From Octopus vulgaris (lineage: Eukaryota), in assembly GCA_951406725.2 (NCBI GenBank), contig OX597822.1, forward strand, positions 111,042,001 to 111,106,000: DNA of 64,000 nucleotides, in the 5' to 3' direction. Both the position numbers and the translations under genes were made by a program. Positions 26,171-39,887 of the stretch are shown piece by piece (the first letter of the stretch is position 1; each line of letters opens with the position of its first letter). The notes beneath the pieces are model-generated. The model ran no database searches and had not been told where the DNA came from. It saw only the letters and a list, made by a program, of their open reading frames with translations.

Positions 26171-27060
26171 GAATCTTGACCACCTTATTCTCTTGTCTAT
26201 ATCAACGACTAGATCACCCAATACTTTCTTTACTTAAAATAGTGGGATATAATTTGAGATTATGCTTTTATTTTTAGCATCCACGTGACCAAGTAAAGGC
26301 TGTCCCTTTAAATGCATGCAATAGTGAGCAGTGCTGTTCTTTATAATGCGATAGTTCTCAATATATAAGGCTGTGGAACCTATGATCTGTCATCTGAAAT
26401 TTGTCAGGGAAATTCGAAGTCCTAATTTGAATACTATTTCTAGAAGGTCATGTGACACCATAGTAGCACCGTTTTTTGGTAGTTATCTGTGTCTTTTTTT
26501 TTGATTTTTATTTATATCTTAATGATAATGAACACTGCATAACGAATATTCTGGGCCAATTACATAAATACCAGCCAAATATCTTGTTGACGATAATTCT
26601 CTACCACAATATGAGACTTTTTATGTTATCGATGGTAAAATTAATCCATCACTCGGTTTAAATTAAATTCACATAATTTTCGGCAATCCATTCTGTGGTA
26701 AATATTAGGACCTGCTCTCCAATTTGGGGACAACATATCTCGTTTTCCCCAGTCTTGGAGTCCCTAAATGTGGTCATAGCTCTTCCCTTCTAGTCATGCA
26801 CAGGTTTTTGATTTCGTACCTGTTCTATCAGTTCAGGTAGGAACCAAGAGCTAATCAAGAAAACATGTTTAAGGATTCAGTAAGCAAGTGCACCTTTACA
26901 AGATTACTACAGAAGCGAGAAGCTGCAGCTCATATCTCCCTCAAACGAAAACCTATTAATGCAGATAGTCCCAATACAAGGTGACGAAAACAGGGCTGAA
27001 AAATCACTGGAATTAGTCGTGATTAACTTAAAGTTGATGAATAGTTATATGTTTTTACAA

Positions 27061-27765
27061 GGTGGCGAGCAGGCAGAAACATGTAATAGATTTATCCATT
27101 TGTCTGCCCTTGTTTTTCCCCTCAGTGTTTAACCGCTTGTGGGTAGTAAAGAAATAGGTATTTCGTCTGCCGTTACGTTCTGAGTTCAAATTCCGCCGAG
27201 GTCGAGTTTGCCTTTCATCCTTTCGGAGTTGATTAAATAAATACCAGTTACGCACTTGGGTCGATATAATCGACTTAATCCGTTTGTCTCTGTCCTTGTT
27301 TGTCCTCTCTGTGTTTAGCCCCTTGTAGGTAGTAAAGAAATATGTATTTCGCCTGACTAATGCGGCGAGCTGGCAGAATTGTTAGCACGCCGGGCGAAAT
27401 GCTTTGCTGTATTTCGTCTGCCGCTACGTTCTGAGTTCAAATTCCGCCGAGGTCGACTTTGCCTTTCATCCTTTCGGAGTCCATTAAATATGTACAAGTT
27501 ACGCACTGGGGTCGATGTAATCGACTTAATTCGTCTGTCTCTTTCCTTGTTTGTACTCTCTGTGTTTAGCCCCTTGTGGGTAGTAAAGAAATTGGTATTT
27601 CATCCGTCTTCACATTCTGTGTTCAAATTCCGCCGTGGTCGACTTTGCCTTTCATCCTTTCGGTGTCGATAAAATAAGTACCAGTTGACGACTGGGATCG
27701 ATGCAATGAACTTAACCCCTTCCCCAAAATTGCTGGCCATTTGCCAAAATTTGAAACCAATAATT
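27061..27765 (+). mobile_element. Nested or tandem SINE family C cluster
   Basis: A deleted head plus unit (27061-27355), a new full head at ~27362 plus unit to ~27592, then a head-less unit starting GGTATTTC that carries a different tail (ccccttccccaaaattgctggcc...gaaacc). Confidence 0.88.
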
Positions 27766-28552
27766 GCATGCTTTTGTTGTGAGAACAAAAGGAAATGCAA
27801 CGTTATTTTTTAGCTGTTTACTCTAGGAGAGTTCTAGAATCCTAGTGGTATTCTGTCTGTGACCATCTCATTTAAGTACTAATTTGCTTAATGTTTTCTT
27901 CATTAATTAAGACTGTAAAGAGAAATTTGAAGTCTTAATATGACTGCTATTTCTAGAAGATAATGCGACACCGTAGTGGCTCCGTTTTTGGTTTATTAAA
28001 AGGAATTGAGCAAAAATTGATGATGTAATCATTTTAAAAACTTCATATAAAAATAGCTACTAATTATCTTTTGCTTATTGGGCCTAATTGTCTTATTTTT
28101 AATAAGGGTGAATGTAATAATATTTTCATGACGTTTCATGTACAGAAGCACGGCGCCATAATAGTAATAATATCATTTGAAATCCACCTTCTTAAAAGAT
28201 CAACGAGTGATGAGAGCAAATGGCAGATAATGGTAGATGCATTATAGAAAACGAGAAAACCTTGTGTAAATATATAAAAGTTTAGAGAAAAAATAGTAAA
28301 CGATAGAGGAGGAGATAGAGAGATAAAGTGAGATTGAGAGAGAGGAAGACAAATTAAAGCGAAAAGTAATAGTCTAAATAAAACAAAGGACTTCATTAAT
28401 TCAGTAAATTGGTTGTAAATTATGTAGTTGTACTGCACTCCTAGGGAAGCATAATTGTAAACAAGAGCCTTTAGAGAAAGGCTCACACACATACACGCAT
28501 GTAGTCTCTCTCTCTCTGTCACACACACACACAAAGCAGTCCAGTAAATATA

Positions 28553-28905
28553 TATTTAAAGGGATTAAGTCGATTACATCGACCCAGTGCGAAACTGGTA
28601 CTTTATTTATCGACCCAGAGAGTATGAAAGGCAAAGATGACCTCGGCGGAATTTGAACTCAGAACATAACGACAGACAAAACACCTATTTCTTTACTGCC
28701 TACAAGGGGCTACACACAAGGAAAGACAAACGGATTAAGTCGATTATATCGACCCCAGTGCGTAACCGGTACTTATTTAGTCGAACCCGAAAGGATGAAA
28801 GGCAAAGTCGGCCTCGGCGGAATTTGAACTCAGAACGTAGTGGCAGACGAAATACCGCTAAGCATTTTGCCCGGCGTGCTAACGTTTCTGCCAACTCACC
28901 GCCTC
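28553..28905 (-). mobile_element. SINE family C dimer (second unit 3'-truncated)
   Basis: Family C sequence on the minus strand; 16-bp TSD cagtccag(t/c)aaatata (28537-28552 / 28906-28921). Confidence 0.9.
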
Positions 28906-29514
28906 CAGTCCAGCAAATATAGCTAAACTGTCATCACTATTATGAATATTTTCTAGTTTTATTGATACACACACACACTAGGTTTTGCGTATTTACTGAC
29001 AACTGACAAAATCTCTTTGGATATTATTTTTTTCTCCTTTCGCCAACTGTTAGTTTTTTCTTATTTCACTGAATGTTACCCTAAAAGAAAATAACCACAT
29101 CGAGCAATATCTGCTTTCAAACATAAATAAATATTCTTTATGCTATAAGAATGACTTTCTATAAAATATTTCTATACATTTACAGAGTCTGATCAATATT
29201 TTAGCAATTCAAAATATTGTTAAATACAAAAAAAAACGGTAAGATGTATTAGAATTATCATGATGGCATTCAGTTCTTTGTTCCTGTCGATCAGCATTCA
29301 TTTGAAACGCACTATATGGGTGAAATCGCTTCCTTTCACGGATATTTCTTATTGTTCAATTTATTCACAGAAACTAATAAATTAAATTCTTCCATTCAAA
29401 TTTCTCGAGTATATGAAAGAAATATTTCATGGTTATTATTCTTTTCAGCAATATTTCTCTTAAGATATCATGTTTCCTATTTTCTACAAAACTATCCATC
29501 TATCAATCACTCAT

Positions 29515-29935
<421 letters not shown>

Positions 29936-31029
29936 TCTATCTATATCTGAAAATGAATTTTCCACTTCATCCTATTAGAAAAAAAACACGTATACGTTAC
30001 AGGTTTGTGTTTCTTACAAAATCCCATACGCGAGAATCCATACACATCCACACACATAAACACATACACACACTCATATTCATATATATATTTACATCCT
30101 AAAATATGTAAATAGTGTATTCCTAGGCCTAAGCGTATGTTCCGCTGTCAGAAGGAGAGATAGAGAAAGGGAGAGAGACAGAGAGACAGAGAAGAAAAAT
30201 GAATGATGTAGTAATGCAACACTATTTACTACTGAATTAAATGTTTATCGTAAAGGAATGTCTCAGTTACAAACTTCCGAAAAAGAACAAAAATACCCAG
30301 TTGTAAAACGAGTGAAAGAAATTTTCATTGGATCATTAGAATAAAACGAATAATGACATAAATTTTCTGATTTTCGTTTTCAACTAAGGTATTAATAATT
30401 GTATAGAAAATGTAATGTTAGGTTAACAAGTACATCTTATAAGAAGTCTTCTAGATAAAATATCGTGGTTGTTGATTTTATCAGGCGGGGGATATTATCT
30501 CTATCAAATTATATTTGAGAATGTTTCATGGAAGATTAATGGCCCGTGCGATGTATTTTCAGACTCTACGTTCATATGGGACCAGCTGTAAAGTTTATTT
30601 AAAGTTCCTTGTTTCCAACAGCTCTACAGAAGTATGTTTATACAGTGGCGTGGCGGGAGTATTCCTCAGGACAACTAAAATATGTTTATAGGCATGAAAA
30701 TAAATAAACTTCATATTCACGAGATAATTGCAAATTTTGATATAGACATATATAAAGTGGAATAGAAGGTAAGGCAAAAATAGACTATACATACACATAC
30801 ATACATACACATATACATACTTACATATATATATATACGTGTGTGTGCGTGTGCGTAGGTTCAAGGTTAAGATTATGTTTAATAAAATGAAGTATAAGCA
30901 GGTTATTTAATTTAATATGATATAACAAGAAAATTATAAAGGTATAGGTTAATAATTATATAATTAACCTATTATTTTGAGGTATTAATTATATAATATA
31001 TATATAATACCACAAAACAATAACAATAC

Positions 31030-31398
31030 TCTTCTAAATAAGCAAAGAGCTGGATTATGATGCTAAGGGACCCTAAACCTTGGCCTATTTTAAAACCAAA
31101 CCCAACAATAAATGCCTAACTGACCGAGATAACCCTCAGGTCACGAGGAAATATAATTTTGTTTAGTAACACCAACACTTACTAAAAGATTCCTAATCGG
31201 TCAGTCTCATAGTATTCTTCAGATGATCTTCGAACGGCAGCAAACAAGGGACCCTGAAGAAGCTGCACCGAAAATTAACACCATGATGCACACATAATAA
31301 CGTGCAGTAGCGGCAGACGAAACGTGGGTAGGTCCAAGGGAAGAATGCTTCAGATAACTGTATAAGATATGGATGTGTAAATCTCCGTTCTCCTGATC

Positions 31399-31400
<2 letters not shown>
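31030..31400 (+). mobile_element. Penelope-like element 3' end (GIY-YIG C-terminal remnant plus pLTR)
   Basis: With one frameshift, ~31048-31090 gives SWIMML/GTLNLGL, like the PLE endonuclease end WI..L.TL.P.GLN; a hammerhead motif lies downstream; ends at (CA)n. Confidence 0.6.
31249..31335 (+). ncRNA. Type I hammerhead ribozyme motif (PLE-type)
   Basis: GGACC-CTGAAGA-AGCTGC...GCAGAC-GAAAC-gtgg-GTA-GGTCC: perfect 5-bp stem I, canonical CUGANGA and GAAA core, minimal stem III, GUA cleavage triplet. Confidence 0.7.
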
Positions 31401-31438
<38 letters not shown>

Positions 31439-31441
31439 ATA

Positions 31442-31545
31442 AAGACGAAGAAGAAGAAGAAGAAGAGGAAGAAGAAGAAGAGGAAGTAGGAGAAGAAGAC
31501 GAAGAAGAAGACGAAGAAGAAGAAGAAGAAGAAGACGAAGAAGAA

Positions 31546-31577
<32 letters not shown>

Positions 31578-31727
31578 AGAAGGAGAAGAAGAAGAAGAAG
31601 AAGAAGAAGAAGAAGACGAAGAAGAAGAAGAAGAAGAAGAAGAAGAAGAAGAAGAAGAAGAAGAAAAAGAAGAAGAAGAAGAAGAAGAAGAAGAAGAAGA
31701 AGAAGAAGAAGAAGAAGAAGAAGAAGA
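31442..31727. repeat. (GAA)n polypurine tract, about 95 triplets
   Basis: gaa repeats with occasional gac/gag. Confidence 0.95.
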
Positions 31728-32018
31728 GTTAAAAATCCAGGCTGATATCAAAAAATCACTCAATATTAAACGAATTTGGTTGACTCTATTCAACAGATAT
31801 CGAGAAATTCAAGTAGAATACAAGGTAATTCCCGATGTATGACAGGTAGATCCAAATATCTTCGAGAAATTTAGAGAATTAGACAACAAAAACGCGTATG
31901 GAGATAATCACATTTTTAATTGTAGAATTCATCTTACAAAGATGGCAGCTGTTTTTATTGTGTTTACATGTTTAGAAATAGGAAATAATATTGAATTTTA
32001 ATATTTCCGAAAATACAT

Positions 32019-32376
32019 CCACATGGTTCCGGGTTCAGTCCCATTGCGTGGCACCTTGGGCAAGTGTCTTCTGCTATAGCCTCGGGTCGACCAAAGCCTT
32101 GTGAGTGGATTTGGTAGACGGAAACTGAAAGAAGCCTGTCGTATATATGTATATATATATATGTATGTGTGTGTATATGTTTGTGTGTCTGTGTTTGTCC
32201 CTCTAGCATTGCTTGACAACCGATGCTGGTGTGTTTATGTCCCCGTCACTTAGCGGTTCGAATAAGTACTGGGCTTACAAAGATTAAGACCCGATATGCT
32301 CGACTAAAGGCGGTGCTCCAGCATGGCCACAGTCAAATGACAGAAACAAGTAAAAGAGTAAAAGAGTAAAAGAGTA
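32019..32376 (+). mobile_element. SINE family B, 5'-truncated
   Basis: Begins at ccacatggttccgggttcagtc; (gagtaaaa)n tail. Confidence 0.88.
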
Positions 32377-32610
32377 CATGTTAACAAATTTTCAATGATA
32401 CGTGTGTATGAATACACATGCATTTATGTAAACACACACACACACACACACAAACCTATCCGTGTCTGCTTGATTAACATCTTTCTTCTGGGACTTCTTT
32501 TTACTCTGGACTTGCTCAGAAACGCGGATCTTCATTCTATCTCGTCCTGTTAGCCTGGCTCACACAGTATTCCTTGCCAGGCCACCATTGTTCACAAATA
32601 CCTGGGTTTA

Positions 32611-33004
32611 TACTCTTTTACTCTTTTACTCTTTTACTTGTTTCAGTCATTTGACTGCGGCCATGTTGGAGCACCGCCTTTAGTCGATCAAATCGACCTC
32701 GGGACTTATTCTTTGTAAGCCCAGTACTGGGCTTCTTTGTAAGCCCAGTACTTATTCTATCGGTCTCTTTTGCCGAACCGCTAAGTGACGGGGACGTAAA
32801 CACACCAGCATCGGTTGTCAAGCAATGCTAGGGGGGACAAACACAGGCTTCTTTCAGTTTCCGTCTACCAAATCCACTCACAAGGCATTGGTCGGCCCGG
32901 TGCTATAGCAGAAGACACTTGCCCAAGGTGCCACGCAGTAGGACTGAACCCGGAACCATGTGGCTGGTTAGCAAGCTACTTACCACACAGCCACTCCTGC
33001 GCCT
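32611..33004 (-). mobile_element. SINE family B with an internal deletion and a palindromic duplication
   Basis: Lacks the central microsatellite (junction aaacacag|gcttc); an extra aagcccagtactgggctt lies at 32717-32734. Confidence 0.9.
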
Positions 33005-33501
33005 ATGTTCAAAAGCATAGCAAAATTTAAACTTCTGTTGAGGAAGGAATAGAGAGCTTAATTCACTCAACCATTCAAACATTATCAGTAAAGGAGACTG
33101 GATTCTTTTTATTCACTTTTAAGGTGTAAAGATTGTATTATTTTGTTACAGATTACGTTTTTCCCTGTTTTTGCCTTATGGATGTTAAGTCGAGTACGCA
33201 TGTTTTATTAGATTAAACATAACATTCGCTCAAAGCTACACGTTTATTTAAAATGAGTTTCATGATTCGGATGTTCTATGAAATTTCTGTAATTAACGGC
33301 GATTTTAAAATTACGTTGCAAGGCATAATTAGTAATTAAACTTAGGTTTCCCCCCATGGAGGAAAATACAGATTTTGTATATGTAATATATTCCTATCTG
33401 TGAACTAATAACAAATTGATTATATGTACCGTAATTATTTTATCTCAGAATGTAACTAAATGAAGCGGGTAAAGAGTATACATAAACACTCGTACACATT
33501 C

Positions 33502-34009
<508 letters not shown>

Positions 34010-34118
34010 ATATATATATATGTTTAAATTTAAAATGAGGGTGAGAAGTTAGATATTAATTTAATTAACATCGATTTCACACCAGTGATCTAGCATATAA
34101 AAAAATTGTATTATATAC

Positions 34119-34522
34119 ATATTAGAGGGAAACCACTATGTGGACACCCTTATGCTAGAAATAGATCCGCTATGGTCTTACCAATAAGAAATGTTCTCAA
34201 GAAAAATTTAGCAAAACAACTAAAATGTAATCGAGCAAGACAAAAGAAAAAGGAATAAAAATATGGATTATTCTCATACATGTTTCACTATTCACATATT
34301 ACGTAATTTTACTTACATACCTGTCCGTAGATCATCGGTGCGACCGTCCAGATGTTAATAGTGAAACATGTATGCGAATAATCCATATATTTAATGCTTT
34401 TTCTTTTGTCTTGCTCGATTACGTTTTGGTAGTTTCGCAAAATTTTTCTTGAGAACATTTGTTAGTGGTAAGACCATAGCGGATCTATTTCTAGCATAAG
34501 GGTGTCCACGTAGTTGTTTCCC

Positions 34523-34530
<8 letters not shown>
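34119..34530. repeat. Foldback element: ~179-bp inverted arms, ~54-nt loop, next to (TA)n
   Basis: atattagagggaaaccactatgtggacaccc... matches ...gggtgtccacgtagttgtttccctctaatat; arms 34119-34297 and 34352-34530. Confidence 0.92.
34272..34343 (-). ncRNA. Type I hammerhead-like motif spanning the foldback loop
   Basis: Minus strand TCGCA-CCGATGA-TCTA...TAGT-GAAAC-AT-GTA-TGAGA. The other arm keeps the perfect partner TGCGA. Stem III is palindromic (ACATGT) and the core is a U4C variant. Confidence 0.6.
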
Positions 34531-34597
<67 letters not shown>

Positions 34598-34704
34598 TGT
34601 ATGTATGTATGTATGTATGTATGTATATACAGATTCATTGAAATATATGTATAAACACACTCACACACACACACACACACATACACACACACATACACAC
34701 ACAC

Positions 34705-34736
<32 letters not shown>

Positions 34737-36051
34737 TGGGAGAGAGAGAGACAGAGAGAGAGAGAGTGAGAGAGAGAGAAGCTTAAAGCTTTACTAAAGT
34801 TGAATAGATTTGATAGATATTTATATTACAGGCTTCTCTTGTAAAAACTTATATAAGATTCTATTTTACATTAAACTCCTCTGTTTTCATTGTCTATTAA
34901 CAGTTGTATAAGCATTCATTTTCAACTTATACTAATGCGTTCTTTCTTCTAATAATTTTGGAACTGTAACAGTATTTAGCAAGAAATGATATGGCTTTTA
35001 AAAATCGTAGAAGAAACCAAAATTTGAGTAGTTAACCTGTTTCAAGGGGACCTGAGTTAGTAGGTCTTCAACATTATATAAATTTACTCAAATTTAGAAA
35101 CTTTAACTATTTCGCTCCGTTGTGAGTTGAAATTCCGAGGGGACGAATTTAACAAAATAAAAATTAAGTTCAAGATACCTATTGACATTTCCTTGCAAGT
35201 TTGTGTTAAGATTAAAGATCAATATATCTGTACTGGATCATGTCATCATTGATAAGAGTTCTGATGTAAGGAATTATATATAAGCAGACAACAACATACA
35301 TTTCTCCATTAACATGAAACTGTTGGCTAGCATAAGTGTTATATGCAATGCTTTGCAGATGATTAAGTCAGAGGAAGGATGTTCATCAACACTACCCATT
35401 CATCCGGTTGCATTTTCCAAGTGCCGAGGTGAATTTAATAAAAACATTGAATGATTCTAGAAACTAATTACTGGAATAAAAAGTAGCCGGAAGGTCTGGA
35501 TTTATATGGATTTTAAATCCAAAGCTACATGCCATGTTTGTACACATGGGAGATCAATATTTTTTCTGCCTATGGACTTGTAAGTAATGTTTTCTTTATT
35601 ATTTCTATGAATTGTTCAACTGCTTAGGGAAATAGAGGAAGAACGGATAATCATACACGCAAAGAGGAATCATGGTTTTGTCGTGTTAAACCCGAAACAA
35701 TTACACAAGAATTAAATCCTACATCACATCTATCGATCAATAGGATCCTGCTATAAACAAGTATTATTATGTGTGTTCAAAGGATATATTTGCGTATTGT
35801 CCAAAAATTATAGACTGTAATTTTGGACGAAGTTGAGTAGCTGAAATGTAAATAACGGATTAATGAAGAATACTCAAATGTGCGTATATTAGTGTGTGAT
35901 AAAGACAGTAGCGGAGGAGATAACTGCTGATAGATATGTTGGGTTTTGATATAGGTTGAAGTAACTTTAACTCACTTCAGCTAGTTAATAAACTTCGAAA
36001 AAGGACGGATATCACAAATTCCATTTCATATTTTCCGACCGCGGAGAAATA

Positions 36052-36260
36052 CAGGGTGTCCCAGAAGTCGCACACTATTCTGTTTTGCATTTAGAATAAT
36101 TAAAGGATTTTATTTTATTATATTTTTTCGGCATGTTTTATTGTAGAGGGTGCTCAATTTGAGCATCTGTTATGATTAATTTCAATAACGTGTTTTTGAA
36201 ATCAGTAAGGGTGTATTCTTTTAATAAACCAGAGTGGTGCGCAACTTCTGGGACACACTG
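36052..36260. mobile_element. Tc1/mariner-type MITE
   Basis: TIRs CAGGGTGTCCCAGAAGTCGCACAC and reverse complement CAGTGTGTCCCAGAAGTTGCGCAC; TA on the left side. Confidence 0.8.
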
Positions 36261-37639
36261 AAAAAATTGTCTTGAGTTGTTGAATTCGGTCGTAGATAAA
36301 TTTACACATTTTCTTACGTTACTCACTTGCCAAAGTTTATATGTATATTCTTAAGTAATAATAGTTATAGTTAACTATCACGAGTTGTATTTAGTTAAAC
36401 ATAATTCTCAGACTTTTGTTGCTGAGGAGGTTTTAATTCTATTTCTACTGACATTTGTAGTAAATTGTTTATTACTTCAGCTTTATTACTTTATGTATGC
36501 ACATTGGTATCCTGCTATTGAATAAAATGTCTTGTATGTATTATATTTACACACATAAACCTGCAAGTTTTCTATAATGAAACGACACTAGATTTATTTT
36601 ATTAATGGCAATCCATTTGGTAGTGGCTCGTGTAAAAAGAAATTAATGTGACATGTCACGTATTTACAAATTAAACTGTTGTTAGAACCGAGAAATGACA
36701 AAATCAAAATTGACTCACTTCTTAAAAGCTGACCTCTAATGTAGAATATTAGAGAATTTTGTGTTTATATATAACACTGAAGAAAAGTTACCCTATATAT
36801 GTAGAGATTATGTTTGACATTCAACTTCATTATTCGCCCAAAGGATATTTTTGAAAGCCAATTGATAAAAATACGAATGAAGCTATAATAAACAGATAAG
36901 TCTTTTCGTTTCTCTTGGCACCATTTCAGTTGGAAAAGTAACTGTTTTATTATCGTCTGCCTTTCAAACATTTTACTATGAAACTGTTTTTGTTTTGTTT
37001 TTTTTATTTTTATTTTACCTAACTCTATGGGTTTATACATCTGACTGATTGAAGTTTCTGCTGCTTGTCTGTCTCTAATCCAATATCCTTAAGTTTCCTG
37101 CGATAAATGAGTTTCAGCAAAATTGTGAATCAATTAATTCCGTAATCAAAGACCATAAACTCTCTGAATATAGTATTTGTCCGACAAGTTTTTGAATAAG
37201 ATTTGGTTTCTTGAGAGGTGCGATTTCTCTGTTGATCTCTTTCAGTTATTTCAACTCATATTATGAAGGAATGCGATGTTTGGTCCGCTTATTTAACATT
37301 TTAGCGTATTTGATTATTAATTAACCCTGTTTTAAAAGTACGTTATTAGAAAGCATGTTTGGTTTAAGTAATGAAGGTAAATGCAGTTGTTTTATGAAAC
37401 TAGCTCTGCGTTTAATCAAAATTAGGGATGAATCTCTTCAAGATGTTGCAATTAATATATAATATTATTGCTATATATATATATATATACCCCTGTAAAC
37501 TACAAAATAATCAATAGGTTTATAATATTGTACGTTTACTCAAATCATTTTTCCCTCACTACTTTTGGAAGTACAACGAATTCTGTGCCTTGCTGATGAG
37601 ATAATATTAAAACCGAAATATTCGACTATTTATTATCTT

Positions 37640-38070
37640 TCTTTCTTTTCTTTTATCTTTATCTTTTACTTGTTTCAGTCATTTGACTGCGGCCATGCTG
37701 GAGCACCGCCTTTAGTCGATCAAATCGACCCCGGGACTTATTCTTTGTAAGCCCAGTACTTATTCTATCGGTCTCTTTTGCCGAACCGCTAAGTGACGGG
37801 GATGTAAACACCAGCATCGGTTGTCAAGCAATGCTAGGGGGACAAACACAGACACACAAACCCACACACACAGACACACACACACATATATATATATACA
37901 TATATACGACAGGCTTCTTTCAGTTTCCGTCTACCAAATCCACTCACAAGGCATTGGTCGACCCGGGGCTATAGCAGAAGACACTTGCCCAAGATGCCAC
38001 GCAGTGGGACTGAACCCGGAATCATGTGGTTGGTTAGCAATCTACTTACCACACAGCCACTCCTGCGCCT
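37640..38070 (-). mobile_element. SINE family B
   Basis: Full-length copy. Confidence 0.9.
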
Positions 38071-38297
38071 ATTTATGAATTTATTAAACATAACTGAAAT
38101 AATGTTAATATATTGAACTATATATTCGTTATTGAATACTTATAGTAATTCTTCATCACCTGAAGCGAGCTGTAATTATTTTTAGAATGATACGTTTATT
38201 TTACATGATATTCTGAGAAGAGGTTTCGAAGTCTGGGAATATTCTCTATATTGTTATAGGAAATATGTGGCAGTTGTTTACTAAATTTCAGATAAAA

Positions 38298-38463
38298 AGG
38301 AGTGGCTCTGTGGTAAGTAGCTTGCTAACCAACCACATGGTTCCGGGTTCAGTCCCACTGCGTGGCATCTTGGGCAAGTGTCTTCTGCTATAGCCTCGGG
38401 TCTTCCAATGCCTTGTGAGTGGATTTGGTAGACGGAAACTGAAAGAAGCCTGTCGTATATATG

Positions 38464-38529
<66 letters not shown>

Positions 38530-38727
38530 TGTGTCTGTGTTTGTCCCCCTAGCATTGCTTGACAACCGATGCTGGTGTGTTTACGTCCCCGGTTCGGCAA
38601 AAAGTGACCGATAGAATAAGTGCTGGGCTTACAAAGAATAAGTCCCGGGGTCGATTTGCTCGACTAAAGGCGGTGCTCCAGCATGGTCGCACTCAAACGA
38701 CTGAAACAAGTAAAAGAGTAAAAGAGT
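38298..38727 (+). mobile_element. SINE family B
   Basis: Near full-length copy, inverted relative to 37640-38070. Confidence 0.9.
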
Positions 38728-39382
38728 ATTTATACGCTAAATCGAAATGAGTAAAAAACTGATTTAAGTACAAGATTTAGATTAAGAAATCCCGAAGAAA
38801 ATAATAGTTACAAATGAAATAACAGAATATTTTGTTGAAGGACTACGTAATAACAAGTGTTTATGTACTGCATATGAAATATTAAACTGTTCTGCGTTCT
38901 TGGGTATTTTATATATGTGATTGCCTATTGCTGCGTATAACAGAGAAGGTGTAGTTCATGAAGGAGTTCGTTTCTCTTTGAATAAAGTAATATGTATGTT
39001 TAAATGGCTTCACAATAAGAGCACTGAATCTAGTGAGCGATATCATTAGTATTACAAACATTAAAAGGTCTCCTATTCTCTTCGGTAAAATCAATGACGT
39101 AAATCTAAATATATTCTGTAGATATCTTTTGATGTATATATCCTTATCGGAGAACGAGGCTGCGTTCATATATAACAGTAAAGTTTAATTATTCAAAACG
39201 TGTACAATTGAATCGTTCTCTATTGAATTTTCAATTCCCTTCATCCGAATATTAAACGAAGCACAAACTATGATATTATCTTTGATATCAATCAATGAGA
39301 CCTGCTGTAATTCGGTTGAAGCCTGGTTGGAGAATTCAAAACATGATAGCCACACTGTCCACATCAATGTGTTCGTCAGATG

Positions 39383-39475
39383 TACACACACGCACACATA
39401 CATACACACATACATATATACATTCATACATACATATATACATATATACATACGTACATATATATATATACATAT

Positions 39476-39506
<31 letters not shown>

Positions 39507-39853
39507 CATACATATATACATACATATATACATACATATATACATACATACATACTTACATATATACATACATACATATATACATACATACATATATAGA
39601 TACATACATATATACATACATACATACATACATATATACATACATATATACATACATATATATATACGTACATACATACATACATATATACATACATATA
39701 TACATACATATACACATACGTATATATATACATATATACATACATATATACATGCATATATACATACATACATATATATACATATATACATAATACATAC
39801 ATATATACATACATTCATATATACATACATACATACATATATACATACATATA

Positions 39854-39887
<34 letters not shown>

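Noticed and set aside
31350-31793. Poly-Ser (minus) or poly-Glu (plus) ORF
   Set aside because: It is a (GAA)n microsatellite flanked by a CA repeat with no exon context.
35359-35579. Possible exon after ttgcag (MIKSEEGCSS...) ending at gtaagt
   Set aside because: It has an in-frame stop and no recognisable protein similarity.
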